Below the pieces are notes generated by a model, which was given only the letters and a program-made list of their open reading frames with translations, searched no databases and had not been told where the DNA came from. A stretch of 64,000 nucleotides of DNA from Ancylonema sp. (Eukaryota), in contig JBFLGF010000113.1 in NCBI GenBank assembly GCA_050230475.1, positions 1-64,000 on the forward strand, in the 5' to 3' direction. A program made the position numbers and the translations under genes. This document shows positions 26,761 to 40,400 of the stretch, in pieces; position 1 is the stretch's first letter, and each line of letters opens with the position of its first letter.

Positions 26761-27279
26761 CTACGCCAACCAACTACCAACTTCAACTTCGGCAATGAGC
26801 TTGGCGTTGTCCGCCGCGGCATTTACTTTCTCAGTTGCCTCTTCGTCGTCAATCAGGACGGCATTTTGCCACACCGTTGAAGGTGCCGAGGGATACCACT
26901 GAGCGAGGCGGGGCGGGGCGGGATGTACAGTTACGGGGCGGTGCAGGGCCTGCTGGTTTTCATACATGCACGGGCACGGGTACATGGGACGCGTCCTCAT
27001 TTCTGCCGCGTCCCGGGTGGGCTCATTTGTGCTCCTTGATGTGTACCTCAGGAGCCCGTTGCACCGGGCGTTGGGGCCGCGGACTGCCACCGCCTTCCTG
27101 TCATATGCCAGGGCGGCTTCATACGCGCTGTCGAAAGTTCCTATCCAGAATCTTTCTTTGATGTTGGGCAGGCGTATCTCGGAAACATACTTGTCTTTTC
27201 TTAAGCGTGCGCCAATGAGTTTTGGCCGGGTGGAACTCTGGCCTTGTTTTGACTGAGTACGTGGAGCTTTACGTGCCAT
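26761..27279 (-). CDS. Intronless single-AP2-domain (ERF/DREB-type) transcription factor
   Basis: VSEIRLP...[32 protein letters not shown] matches the AP2 domain core. Confidence 0.85.
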   Translation of the reverse strand: MARKAPRTQSKQGQSSTRPKLIGARLRKDKYVSEIRLPNIKERFWIGTFDSAYEAALAYDRKAVAVRGPNARCNGLLRYTSRSTNEPTRDAAEMRTRPMYPCPCMYENQQALHRPVTVHPAPPRLAQWYPSAPSTVWQNAVLIDDEEATEKVNAAADNAKLIAEVEVGSWLA

Positions 27280-27994
27280 TGCAAGAAGAAGAAGATCGCT
27301 CTTCTATTGGCTGACAGGAGTATTGGCGGCAGAGTCGGTGGCTACGGGCAAAGAAAGTATCTCAGGGTGGGACGAGAACAATGGGACATGGTAAAGCATC
27401 TTATGGGGGGAAGCTTGAAGGGGATATTGCGGGCGACAGGATTGCAGGTGGGTAGAAGGTTCCCTTCGGCGGCCAGTGACAACTGGCAGGCTGGCGGAAA
27501 TATTTTAAGATCCCCCATGTCTAGACTGTCCTAGCCCAGGTAAGTAGGCTTAACGTAATGGTTCGACGGCTGACAGATGGCAGCATGGGTCCGCAGACCG
27601 CATGTGCGGTCAACGGTCAGTCAGTCCAGTGTCGAGTCCACACCAATCAACGAAATTCTTGAGCCGGGTATTGCGGGATCCGTATCACGAAAAGGACAGT
27701 CAAAGGTTTTTTCGTTTTTCGTTTTGCCGCCGTCCAGAAAGGTCGGAGGGCCGTACATTTTCACGGGCTGGTTGACCGTTCAACTTCCCTGGAACTTACT
27801 CCAGGTGTCAACCGACGACCTCGATCGACCACGCGAGATCGTGTCCACTAGACGCGTGCGACACACCCGTCACAGAGATTCGCATGCGATTTTTCCCGAG
27901 ATTCGATCGTCATTCGCCAATGACAGCGCTCATCTGAGCCCGTAGTTTCGCTCGGAGCCCGGATCTCGTGCCCCGGCTCGGCGGACAGACCTCT

Positions 27995-28490
27995 CAGGAA
28001 GATACCCGACCCGTCCCGGTCGAACTCAGGTAACCGGATCCAGACATACTAGTACCCCGAGGGCACCGTGGTCCAACCCTATGCTTCATCCAGCCCGTGC
28101 ACGTAATCTGACGGTTCGGGCTGCTGTCGCGCTGCAGGCGGGTTGTTGGGCGGGCTGGGATAACCGATTTCGGTCCCGGTCTTGCACTCCGTTCAAAATC
28201 GTGGATGCGCTTAAAGATGACATGCAGCTGGTGAAGTTGGAATCTGGGCCGCAAATCAAGGTTATATCTAAACCTAGTAAAGGCCAGAAAAAGGAATGAA
28301 TCAAGACGAGTTCAGGATGAAAAAATCACGAAAATGAGCTTATTCTTATAGAGAATAAAAACACGAAGTTAAGCTAGAGGTGAGATGGTATCCTGATAAA
28401 ATGGGGGCTACCGGGCCTCCTATTTTATTTAGAGGTAGGCAGGATCAGAGGCAGGCGACGGAATGCTGACATGGCGCAACTGGATTGGCG
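27995..28490 (+). pseudogene. Inverted, internally deleted partial duplicate of the cpFtsY 5' region
   Basis: LHPARARNLTVRAA and FKIVDALKDD...GPQIK|gt match cpFtsY exons 1 and 2; downstream ATGCTGACATGGCGCAACTGGATTGGC resembles cpFtsY intron 2. Confidence 0.8.
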
Positions 28491-28659
28491 CAGTCATTCA
28501 TGATTACACATCTTTATTGAGGTCATTCACACAGAATAAATGCAGACTACACACTATTGGTATAAGTTCAGGTTCGCAATAGAAAAGAGATCTAGCATTA
28601 CAATTACAATAATGTTAATTGAAGTTGTTTTGAGTAAGTATGCTCATTCGTTGATTTAT

Positions 28660-28890
28660 CTACACTCACTATGCATCTTTGTATGTGGGCAGGTTTATAT
28701 TTTTGTATATGTGTATCCAAGTATGCATGCATGCCTGAATGTATGTATAGCTGTATTTTTTTATGTATGTATGTATGTATGCGTGCATGTGTGTATATTT
28801 GCACGCATGTACGTATGCCTGTATGTATGTAGTAGGTTACGTATGTATGTATGGATGGAGGTATGTATGTTTGATGTATACAGACAGACA
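28660..28890. repeat. Degenerate (TGTA)n/(TATG)n low-complexity repeat
   Basis: Direct reading. Confidence 0.8.
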
Positions 28891-29704
28891 GATTGTGAGA
28901 CTGCCTCGTCACTGTCTCAACGCTATTCGACTATTGGACGCATATGTTCTACAAAACCTTGAAGCACAACCCCCCCACAGGTACCAAACCGAAGTGACGG
29001 CAAACAAATGGCGGCCTACAGATAAGGGCGACTGAATACTGTGTGCATTCATTCGTTTTCATCTCTTTGCATGCATATATTAGANACCACGCCAAGCTAG
29101 GCAAAGTGCAAGTTTCATCTTATAGTTGGCTAAAGTGATATCACCCATGTACGGGTAGTGGCGAGAGGGTGGTCCCTCGCGAAGCCTATGTCAGGAGTGA
29201 CAGTTAAACACTTGAAGAGACTTCAAATTAAGTTTTATTTGACGATAGTCTTGTTTATTGGATAAGGATTTCCTACCGAGTTGGGTATGGATTATAAAAG
29301 ATAATGGAGATAAGTCCACTAGGGTGGGACAAGAGTCCGAAACCCTGACTTAAAGTCACGGGTGAGCTAAGTATGGCAACATTTGTACTTTGTCAAATAA
29401 ATGATTTGATTGTATGGGGGAGGAGTGACCACCTCAAAGAATGTTTGGATGAGCATAAATCATTTATTGACTATGGGTACTGGTGCAATGCCTGAAATCC
29501 TATCTTGTTCTTCGACCTTTCCAATATGCCAGCGCATGTGTATAAGTGCATGCCTCCTAGCAAGGAGATAAAAGACTGCATGATGCACTTTAATACAATG
29601 ATAGGATCATTTAAGTGTATATTTATGAAGCCGCATGCAAGCCGCACTAGTTTGCCGATTGCATTTCAGGTTGCTAAGCAAATCATATAGTTTGAAAATG
29701 TCAA

Positions 29705-32700
29705 TCAGATGCATGCGTAAGGGATAACCCTCACTAACTGCCCTGAAGCACATAACTTGATGATTGGTGTAACCAATGCANAGGTTAGGGCACTCTCTAA
29801 GGTAACCCTAGGGACAATAGAGAGAGTCCTAATAGTTGCGGGCACAGCTGTGGGGGAATCTGGGGAGAGAGAAACTGCAGACAGGGGGGCTATGGTGCAA
29901 GGAAGGGTTGCTGCATGAAACGCAAGGTAAGTAGCAGGGCCTAACACCAGCTCACTCTGCACCTGTACATCAGCATAGCAAATAGTCCCCAATTCTTCTC
30001 TTTTCTCCCTAAACTCGTCATGACTAGATGGCAATGGAAATTTGCTACAGCAATATGCAAAAGCGTTGGCACCACCCGGGGTGTGCTTGATCTGGAAACC
30101 ATATTCCTGCAGGATGAGGGACCAGCGAGCTAACCTGCCCGTAAGCCGGGACGTGGTCATCATCCACTCCAGCGCCTTGTGGTCGGTCAGCAAAAGGAAG
30201 GGGCTCCCGATGAAGTAGTGGCGGAAGTGTTGAACTGCCCACACCACAACTAGACTTTCTCCGTCGTACGCGCTCTACTTTCTTTCCGCGTCATTGCAGC
30301 TGCGGCTGGCAAAGGCCACCACAAACTCCTGCCTAGCCTCATCATGCTGGCTGAGGACGGCGCCCCACCCATCCTGGCTGCAGTTGGTCTGTAGCTGGAG
30401 GGGCCGACTGTAGTCAGGACGCCTCAACACTGGCTCAGAACAAAGCAGTTGCTGAAGCTTCTGCATGGCTGCTTGCTCTTTCCCTCCCCATAACCAGGAG
30501 GCATCCTTCTTGAGTAACCTGTTGAGAGGGGCTGCAATCACCGAGAAGTGTGGAACAAACTTCCGGTAATAGAAGAACAACCCTAGCAATGCACGCAAGC
30601 TAGAGAGGTCTGTGGGAGTAGCCATCTCCCGAATATCTTTAGTCTTCTCTATTTGTGGGCGGATGCCGTAGGCATTGACCCGGTGCCCTAAGAAATCAAC
30701 TTCCTGAGCAGCAAACAAGCATTTTCCAGGGTGTACTTTTAACCCCCACTTTTCCAAGCGTGCAAACACTAGTTCCAAGTGTTTCAAATGTTCAGAAAAT
30801 GAAGAACTCCAGATGATAATATCGTCAATGTAGCAACGGGCAAAAGGTAGCCCAGCAAGAACCTCGTCCATGAGACGTTGAAAATAAAGAGGGGCGTTCT
30901 GCAGCCCGAACGGTACGACGTTCCACTCCCACAACTGTCGTCGATTTTCTCAGAAGGTGGTCTTACCCTTGTCATGCTCCGCCACTGGGATCTGGTGATA
31001 ACCGGACTTCAGGTCCAATTTGCTGAGGATGGTGGCGCCTTGTAGTTCCTGAAAGATATCTTCAATAGAAGGCAGGGGGTACCTATCCAGCTGAGTGTAA
31101 AGGTTCACGGGACGATAGTCACCACACTGACGTAAGTCCGTGTAAGCACCTGCCTCGTCCCGCTTCCGCACCACCACAGTTGCAAAAGCATATTTAGACT
31201 GAGAAGATGGTCTGATGAGCCCCTGCATATACAATTTTTGGCAATTTTCCTCTACAAAGTCCCACTCTCTCTTCCCTAGCTTATGAGCATGCGAGAAGAT
31301 GGGTTTGTCAGTGGTGAGAGGAATCTCCATGGCAGGTCCAGTAACCCNAGGCTGCTCATTTACTTTTCTCTTTGAGTTTAGCTGGTTAGACAGCGCTTGC
31401 TCCTCTTTTTCTTCCCTTGGGATCTCGGTTGAGAGAAGAGCCACACCCTTAGTGTGGGTGGTGCAAGTGCTTCTTGTCATACGAGCCTGGGCACTGGAGA
31501 AAGTAGTTATACACTCCCTGCTCAGGTTCTACATGACTTCGGAAAACAGTTGCCCCTGCCTTATCTAACAGTGCCCGACTGACCTGCGAGATTTGGTACA
31601 ATGATGACTGAACTACCTTAGCTGCTGCTTGTGCACTCTTCACATGATCTGCAATCTCACTAAAAGAAAATCTGCCTGGTTCTTCTGGCAAAACATTTGA
31701 AGGAGGTTCGTCTTCTAATGTAGTACCCGGCTCTATATCACCGAAATCCCTTTGACAAAAACTAAGGGGAAACTTGGTTGTATCACCTGATCTGCCGTAG
31801 TCTGGCCCTTGACCTCGTCCGCTGGCAATGGGTGCAGATGTTGGGAGCGAACGACCCGTTGGTACCGGCTGTGGTGGCTGTCTCATGGATGAAGTAGGTG
31901 CAGGCCCAACATCAAATGGATGCGGGGTAGACTGCAAAGGACTGACCAAAGGTTGTCTAGCTAGCCGCTCTCCAAAACGGCTGTTGCTGCCTGCATCCGT
32001 CTCCACTGCTACTGGTTCCTTCAAGACTGCATCCCACACCACGCGTGGTCCAGCTGCTTCTATTGTTGCGACTTTGGCAGATCGACGAAGGGCTGCATCG
32101 TCTGCAACATGCTACTCACTGAGGATGGAGAGGGGAGGCTGGCGCTGAAACGGTTGCAGGTGACTTCCAAGCGGGTCCAACCCAAGGCTTTGAGGCTCGG
32201 GGTGGACACCAATTACTCGGTCCCTGTTTTCAGCTCGCGGCGCCAACGCACGCACCTCGTTCCTGGTAACTGTTGACTGGTCTTATTGCAACTCTTGTTG
32301 TTGTTGCAGACGGTCTTCACGGCAGCGACCCATCGCTGCATCTGGGGTAGTGCTACATTCGTCCCGGAGAGAGAGGGGAGGCTAGCGCTGAAACGGCCGC
32401 AGGTGACATCCAAGCGGGTCCAACCCAAGGCTTTGAGGCTCGGGGTGGACGCCAATTACTCGGGCCCTGTTTTCAGCTCGCGGCGCCAACGCACGCACCT
32501 CGTCTCTTGTAGAGGTCGTCTGATCTTCTGGGAACTCTGGTTGGAGTTGCAGGGTGTCTTCATGGCAGCGACCCTTCGCTGCGTCAGGGGTAGGGCTTAG
32601 GTTGTTAAGGAAACAGAAGGGAGTCTGGCGCTGAAGCGGGTGCAGGTGACTTCCATGCAGGTCCAACCCAAGGCTTTGAGGCTCGGGGTCGACACCAATT

Positions 32701-34392
32701 ACCCGGGCCTTATTTTCAGGTCGCGGCGCCAGCCCACACACCTCGTCCACTATTGATGTCATCTAGACTCCTTGCATGCCTGGCTGTTCGTCCAAGTAGT
32801 AGCCATACCCGGCGTTGTTAAATGATACCTGCTCCTTGCAATGAATTGCGGCTGCTTGCTGCCGGTGAAAGACTGCACTAAGTGCTGATGAAAGGTCCCT
32901 TCCTGCGCTGGTACCTCATTTTGCTGAAGGTGTTGTCCTGGCGTGTATGCAGGATAGGGGACAAGAGAAGGATTCGGTGGCAGCCCACGCTTCTTGGTCA
33001 AGCACTGCGCCTCCGTGTGATGCTGCCGCTTGCAGTAGTTGCATGAGGCTGCAGGTGTCCGATCCTGGTCGGTGATCTTGTACCGAGGTCGCGAAGGTCT
33101 AGCACCGGCATCTGGAGTGATAGAAGGCTGCCTTGGCTACTGACTCCTCCCTCCAGGTGATGGCTGCTTCAATGGTGGCTCGCTGCTAGGTTGTCCTGCT
33201 GGCACACCCGTCGGTTTGTAAGGGCAGTTGGCTCGCACGTGTCCTGACTGGCCGCAGATGTGGCACGTCCTTGTATCTGGTGGCGGCGTGTAGACGTCAG
33301 GAAGAACAGGGACAAGGGTGTGGTAGACACGAAGGAAGGGAGAGGAATTGGGAGTCTGGTGCGGAGGCGGCTGCAGATGTTTTCAAGAGGAGTCAATGAG
33401 AGGCCGAGGTTCCTGTATCGAGCTCCCACTTATTGAGCCTTGTTTTCGGCTCGCTGCGCCATGTCGCGAACTTCTTCTCGAGTCATCGAAGGTAGTCTCG
33501 GATCTTGCTACCATCGATGCTTCTGCTCTGCATTGTAGTCCGGCGTGATGATGGTCTTCGTCGGTTTTGGCAAGAAACGGTAGAAGCGGAGAGCGTTGTC
33601 TGCAAGTGTAGTCATACCGCCCGCGTCGGTGGCGGATGCTGGTTCGTCCACTCGTACAAACAAAGTGTGGACGGAGTCGCCAGCTTTTGGCCTCAAGTTT
33701 AGCAGCTTTGCGTTAGCTTCACCGCAGTTGGTTTGGAATCGTTGGCGTAGAGCTCGAAAGAAATCGCTGATTTGGTCGGGCGCAGGAGCTGGAACTGCTA
33801 GTTTATGCGCCCGATCCGCCTCCATCCAATAAGCTCTATAGTTTCGGAAATCAACTCGCACAGTAGCCCGTGCTTGAGCGACCGCACGCTCAGGTCCGGC
33901 TGCTGTAATATTTTGTGCATCCAGTAGGAGCTGGTCTAGGATAGGAAGCGCGTCTGCTCCCAGAAAGTTCCGCAAGTCCATATCCAAAAACTCCAGTTGC
34001 CCGTAGCCCTCCATAGATTGTAGCACTCGATCCTTCCGCAGACACATGCGCGTGAAATGTGTGCGCACCTGTGTGAAGAAAGACTCTTGCTGCTTCCCCA
34101 GCTCCCCATTGTATTTGGGAATTACTGGCTCCGACATCCCGTCGTCGTCGTCGTCCGCTGACGAGAAATTGACAGCTGACGTCGCCGAAGAGAGAGAAGG
34201 AGAATCAGGAGAAAATGGAGCGCGTCGCAAGTTGCGAAGAGACTCGTTCAAGGCTTCAAAGTCGAGCTGGTAATTCGTACCAAGCTTTTTTGATAATTCT
34301 GACTCGGAGGAATGATAACCCCAATGAATGCTTTCCGGTGAATTCCGGATTAACCTCCCAGAATTGGGACTTCTATTGCGTGACCAGGACAT
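29705..34392 (-). mobile_element. Degenerate Ty3/gypsy LTR retrotransposon (gag, RT, RNase H; stops and frameshifts)
   Basis: gag-like ORF 33508-34392; CX2CX4HX4C knuckle (CNYCKRQHHTEAQC) near 33000-33045; RT motifs DYRPVN, LDLKSGYHQI, VPFGLQNAP and YIDD; RNase H VAFASRS and TDHKAL, RLARW; no integrase recognised. Confidence 0.9.
32125..32750. repeat. Three imperfect ~240-bp tandem repeats inside the gypsy element
   Basis: GCGCTGAA...CAGGTGAC...GGTCCAACCCAAGGCTTTGAGGCTCGGGGT recurs near 32140, 32385 and 32627. Confidence 0.85.
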
Positions 34393-35939
34393 TCAAGGCC
34401 AAGCAGGACCACTGAAGCATCCGATCCGCGTGGTTCGACTTTCTGACAACAATTATCCAAAGCAATGTAAGCTCTGGGTGCCGATAATGCGAAGCGTAAC
34501 TAGCGCACATGCAGGCTCAGAGGTGTTCCAACTACGACATAATAACAGATTGCGCAGAGAAGACACGATTTGCACGTACACAAGATATTGAATTAAGTCG
34601 TCTGGGAAATGTTGTCGGAAATTGAATACAAGAGTCAACCCTAGACGTATAAAAGTGGAGTACCAACCCGCTCGTAGAGTGGCGGCTGGACCAAAAGTCT
34701 AACTGACGGTGATGTGGCCGTTCAATCCCGGTCGTTCACTTAAATGGCTATTGGAACCCGTAACTCAATAATTGGTCAAGTAAGCGGGGGCGCCTATCAT
34801 ACTCAAGCCTAAGAAGATCCGCAGAAGCGTCCCATTCACCTTTCTCCTACTAGGGCGTGTTGCGCTCTCTACTCCGTTGTAACGACACAAAGTTTGAAAG
34901 CCTGGATATACTGACTCGTTCCTACACAACGGTGCTTGTCTCGCGTTATAACGACACGAGCCTATACACTACGACACATTACCTTCCCCCACTCGTTTTT
35001 ATGGTTGTTACACCACTTCATCCCCCTTGTCGAAAATATCAAGTAAATATGTAACCCTATCTTTTTTTTTTCGTTCTTTTTGTTCTTTCACGAATTATAA
35101 ATTAAAGAAGAATGCCAAAGGATTGTGGTCCGACCGGGTCCCGATTCTGGACGCGGACGGACCGCGGTTCGAAAAAAATGGTGATTTTCGTGCAAGTATG
35201 CGGATCAGACCCGATCGAGATGAGCGCCATATCGAGTATTTGCCGAGATCCCCATGGTATAGTTGCACGAACCGCCTGGACCAGTTTCTTATGATTCGGT
35301 CTCGGACCGGGGTCCGGTCTTAGAGGCAAAAAAATCTAATGACCCGGCTAAAATAAAAATGAACTCGTTTATTGAAGACCCCAAAAATTAATTAGGAAAA
35401 TCGACAATTAAATTCCAAACAGTATGTTGTGGCCCATATACACACAAAAACATAAGAAGTTAAAATGGATCATCATTATCTATGACCACTACCGTAAGTT
35501 ATGCATGCCGTACCGCACCAATATCGTCTACCGTACCAGTACACATGTACATATAAAATCGATCTCACTCCATACGGCCGATTTTGTGAATCCAGCCGCT
35601 AGCGGACCTCGATGAGAACATGGGCCACCGGGACTCAGCAACATAAACGTAGGAAATCACCAATACCGTTTTGAGATCATGACCCACTTCACGCAAATAA
35701 ATGACCCGACCCACCCCTTTCTGAATTATTAATGGGTCATTATCTATGATCGGTACGGTAGTCATACCAAGATTCCTTACTGATTCGCCGAATAGCAAAC
35801 AAGTTACTTGCTAGTTGCAACATTCATAGGGATATTCAATATTGGGTGGGAAGAGGCTAACGATAAGCGGGGTTGCATGCCACGTAGACAATGGAAAATA
35901 TGCTAAGACGGCTTATACTACTATACCACCTATACACTA

Positions 35940-38900
35940 TGTTAGAATATTTTGGATAGCCATATGTTATGCGTGCTAGTCCAGGTGTGACCGGTTACTC
36001 TAACCGGGAGCAATATTCTAGATGTGCCTGTATGCGGTGCCGGGCAAGTTTGTGCCCTGGCACCTGACATGTTTCCGACGCTTAGAGACGTTATTTGGTC
36101 GACGCGTCGTGACTGGCTAGTTTTGTCGTGTCAGAAATGTCCGGCATGTGCCGTTGACATTTAGAAGAGCTGTCAGTCTATGATAGGCCGACGGTCAATT
36201 GTGCCGACCGTCGGCACGCAACAATCTGTAAAGAGCATCGGGTATTACCATCCACGATGCAATCACAATAATAATTCGTTCCACACACGCAACTCCTGTC
36301 TCGTTGATCATCAGTGATAGAGATCCTTTTGCGTACGGTTCGTTTTGTCGCCCACCAAATTAGTCCGGCAAGTCTAATCACTCAAAAGCTTAGAGGTTAT
36401 GGGCCCACCTGCGGTCTAGTTCAGACGCCGTGTAGGTTAAAAACTAAAGGCTCCACGCGATTTCGCTGCGACAATCTCTGTGAACGGTATATTCTGCCAG
36501 TGAGCGCATATTCGTAGTTGAAGGTCTGCACGTAATTCTGATATTCTTTGACATTGCGCTGCAAGTTTTCGAGCTGAGTGCTGCAGTGCAGGAATTGCAC
36601 TGAGAACTCGAGCTGAGCGAGAAATTTTAAGAAATCCTACTTAATTGCTGTCACAATGTCGGATAGGTCGCAAATCCCGCAATTTACAGGAGCAGATTAC
36701 ACAGGATGGGCCTTTAAGGTCAAGTATGGGTTAGCAGATAAGAAGCTGCAATCGTGTGGTCATGGATTGGGACAGCCTGCTTCGGAGGTGTCGTCCAGAC
36801 GTTATAATGCCATTGACACCAGAGAATGAGCTGCATTTGTTGCTAGGGGGATCGATGTGGATATCGAGAGAATGGCTAGGGAGCAGCAGATTTCCCAGGA
36901 GCTTCCGCAGCTGGAGAAATGGGATGAAGACAATCTGGCTGCTATGTCATACATTGTGAAGCACTTAGGTCCTTCGGAGTTGACGCACGTCACGGACTGC
37001 ACGACAGCTGCCGAGATGTGGGAAGCCTTGAAGACTTTCTACACGGTTCAGGGAGCGATTGAGATCGCCAACACTGAGGCGTTGCTGAGCGCTATCATTC
37101 AGACGGAGGCTCAGGACCTCAACGCATATGTGAAGCGGCTGCAGCAGATCCACCAGGTGCTGAAGAATCTGGGTGCGCCTGTGACACCAATGAAGCAAGC
37201 GATCAACCTGCTGAACTCCCTCAACACTCACTACAGCCCTATGGTTTCTACGCTCATGACGCTCGCGGAGTCGTCACCACACCTCGTCACGATTCCCCAC
37301 ATCGTGAGTGCGCTGCTGCGCGACGACATCAGAAAAGAGCTGAATGAACGTAAGAGGGGGGCGCTGCCAGGAGGTCACCAAGCGCATTATGGAGGACCTG
37401 GGGGGGGAAACGGAGCTGGAGGCAGCAGCAGATCTGGTGGTGGGACTGCAGCTGGTCGCAGAGACGCTGCAGGCGTCGAGTGCTTCGGCCGCCACAAATT
37501 TGGCCACATCAGAGCGCATTGTCCTTCACCAGGCGTTGGCGGAGGCCATGCTGGAGCTAGGAAATGCCATAGGTGCCTTCAGCCAGGACATAAGGCCGCA
37601 CAGTGCAGAGCGGCGGCCCCATCAAAACATCAGGGAGGAACAGAAATTCAGTGGCATGAATTGAGTGATTGCGAGTCTAAGGACAGAGCTCAAGCTAGGC
37701 TTTCAGCATGCTCCGACGATCCTGTTTGCTTATCATTCCATAGGGCTTATGGAGCATCTTCAGCAAGAGGCGTGGTTTAATGAGAAGGAGGGGCGTTTGA
37801 TCTTAGACTCGGGTGCATCGGACCACATCTTTCCTAGTTCGGATTGCATGACTGGGTATAGTCAATTGGCCAGCCCCGAATACGTCTACACGCCTACAAC
37901 AAAGCCCACGAGGTGAAAGGAAGCGGCTTCGTGACCCTTGCCGTGCAGTGTGGCTCGGAAGTGGTGCATCGCCGGCTGATCGCACTCCATGTGCCAAGCA
38001 TTGAGCAGCAGCTGGTCAGCATGACGCGGCTGAACGAGAGGGGGGATGTGGAGTTCCACTTGAAGGTTGGGGGGTGTGTCTAGTTTGACTAGGGGGGGTA
38101 GGAAGTGGTGTGACGTGGGGGCATAATGGATTGAATGCAGGGCTCCATTATTCAGCCCAGAAGGATGCAAGTGAATCTCGTTCAACGCAGGCCTGAACCT
38201 TTGAAACCTCAACCCTTACCTTCCCCTCAAATCAAAGAATTTGAAGCTCAAGAGCCTCTACCCCGACCTTCCACCATCCCTGAAACACCTAAGTCCATGA
38301 ACTTGAAGTCAAAGTTGGGTGGTTTAGGGAGAAAAACAGGATATGAGATCCTAGAGGAGTTGCTAGGTGATAGCAAGGCATATGGGGGTGCCAGAGGGCA
38401 GGTGTTAGTGAGGGATAGGTCCAGGATCAGGACAGGTGTCATAACAAACAGTCCACACCTTACCTTAACTTCCAAACCCTACGCCCCGCCTGACTTTAAC
38501 GGCTGATGGTGTGCGCGGTCTGGTGTAGTGGTCATGGGGGTGTGCTAGCTGGATGCTAGGGGGTGTGGGACAGATTTAATTGTCATGTTGGTTATGGTAG
38601 GGGGCATGCCGCCCAAGTCTTTGGAGGATAGATTGAGGGTGATAAATGAGTTCTGGAGTCTGCACAGTCTGCCACCAGTACTCCAGAAAATATTTTACAT
38701 TGGGCTGAGTATTTGGTCGTTTGTTGATCTGTAATCTAGTCAGGTGCCTGATAGGGTTGAATAGAGGTGTATCTAGTTTGAAGTCATTTGGATAAGTGAG
38801 CTGAAAAGCTGGTTGTTGTATAGCGTCCAGCAGGGTAGCGTCCAGCAGGGTCTAGGTTTTGGACGGTTATACTGAAACTGGGGGTGTCAGGTCTTTTCTT

Positions 38901-40018
38901 TTATTTTTATGATCAGAGGTTTCGAATGCCATGCATGTTGGCAGGGGGTGTGTTGTTATATTTCTTTTTCAGGCAGAAGTGATGGGGAGGGTACACCAAC
39001 TTCAGCTCATCCAGCTAAGTCACACTTTCACCCAAACACCTCGAAAAGACACCTTGAAAACGCTTAAGTACACTTTGAAATCAGAAAGTGTGAATCTTCT
39101 GCTCAACTTTAAACTTGTCAGTTTGTTCTGTCTGTCTTAATCATTGTTGCAAAACTTGTGTCAAAAGTTGGTGCTGATAGGACTTGTAATTTTGAAGTTA
39201 TGCTGTTTTGAGAGTTTTCTGACTGGAAAGTAAGTGTGAAGTTTTCAGTCAGAATCTCGTGAAGTTGAAAAAGTTAAGAAATCAAAAATATTTTCATAAG
39301 TTTTTTTGTTTTTCGCCTAACTTGTGGCATTTGTTTGTATGTGCAGGGCTTCTGCACGAAAAACGACAAATGACATGGAGAGATCGTCTTCTGAAGTTCC
39401 GATCTGCTTCCGATCGTCTTCCGATCGTCTTCCGAACGGCTGCATTTATCGATAGTTCCCCTAGCCCATTTTATGCTAGGGAAGACCAAAATTGTTTGTA
39501 TATGTGATGGTTCTGATGTTTTGGCAATGACTTGGTACTCCTTTTTGATGTCTGCATTTATGCCAACTTTAGCATGGCATCCGAGGGGGTGTGTTAGAAT
39601 ATTTTGGATAGCCATATGTTATGCTGCTAGTCCAGCTGTGCGGTTACTCTAACCGGGAGCAATATTCTAGATGTGCCTGGGGGCCGGGCAAGTTTGTGCC
39701 CGGGCACCTGACATGTTTCCGACGCTTAGAGACGTTATTTGGTTAACTGGCTCGTGTCAGAAATGTCCGGCATGTGCCGTTGACATAGAAGAGCTAGTCA
39801 ATGATAGGCCGACGGTTTGTGCCGACCGTCGGCACGCAACAATCTGTAAAGAGCATCGGGTATTACCATCCCCGATGCAATCACAATAATAATTCGTTCC
39901 ACACACGCAACTCCTGTCTCGTTGATCATCAGTGATAGAGATCCTTTTGCGTACGGTTCGTTTTGTCGCCCACCACCAAAAAATTAGTCCGGCAAGTATA
40001 ATCACTCAAAAGCTTAGG
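35940..40018 (+). mobile_element. Non-autonomous Ty1/copia element with gag and protease only; LTRs 35940-36394 and 39592-40018
   Basis: Paired LTRs starting TGTTAGAATATT; 5-bp TSD CACTA; PBS GGTTATGGGCCCA (36395-36407); PPT GAGGGGGTG; gag with TAAEMWEALK and zinc knuckles; protease motif ILDSGASDH. Confidence 0.92.
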
Positions 40019-40049
40019 CACTAGACAATCGTACTTGAACAAACCAAGT

Positions 40050-40400
40050 TTCACCCAACACCCCGCATCCAACATCCACCATTATTTCTGGGCACAAAAG
40101 CATTACAATATACGAAAAATAATGGTATACCGGAGTGGCTAGAGATAAGGGGACCCGGGTAAAAATAAAACCAAAAACAATTATCGGGGGGACCCACCAT
40201 CTTGACCCAAGCAGACTTAATGGGAGACTTGCGACCGAAAAATATGACCCAGGTAATGTATATATAATATACCATGACCCGGCGAGAAAAATGACCCACC
40301 CCAAAATTATGTGTAGTATTTTCCCGCACTAGTACCGCACTTACCACGGTAATGTGAATGCCTTAACCCTCGGGTGAAAGAAGTAACGGGAGTTTTCGGC
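40050..40400. repeat. Dispersed repeat family with ATGACCC(G) subrepeats; related copies near 35340-35770, 59385-59640 and 60800-61085
   Basis: Shared GACCCGGG...ACCCACCA...TGACCC...AAAATGACCCACCCCAAAA...CCCTCGGGT blocks. Confidence 0.6.

Noticed and set aside
34410..34978. Possible 5' LTR and PBS (TGGTCCTGCTTGGCC, minus strand) of the gypsy element
   Set aside because: No partner LTR found in the window (N at ~29085 and other ambiguous bases) and the tRNA match is unverified
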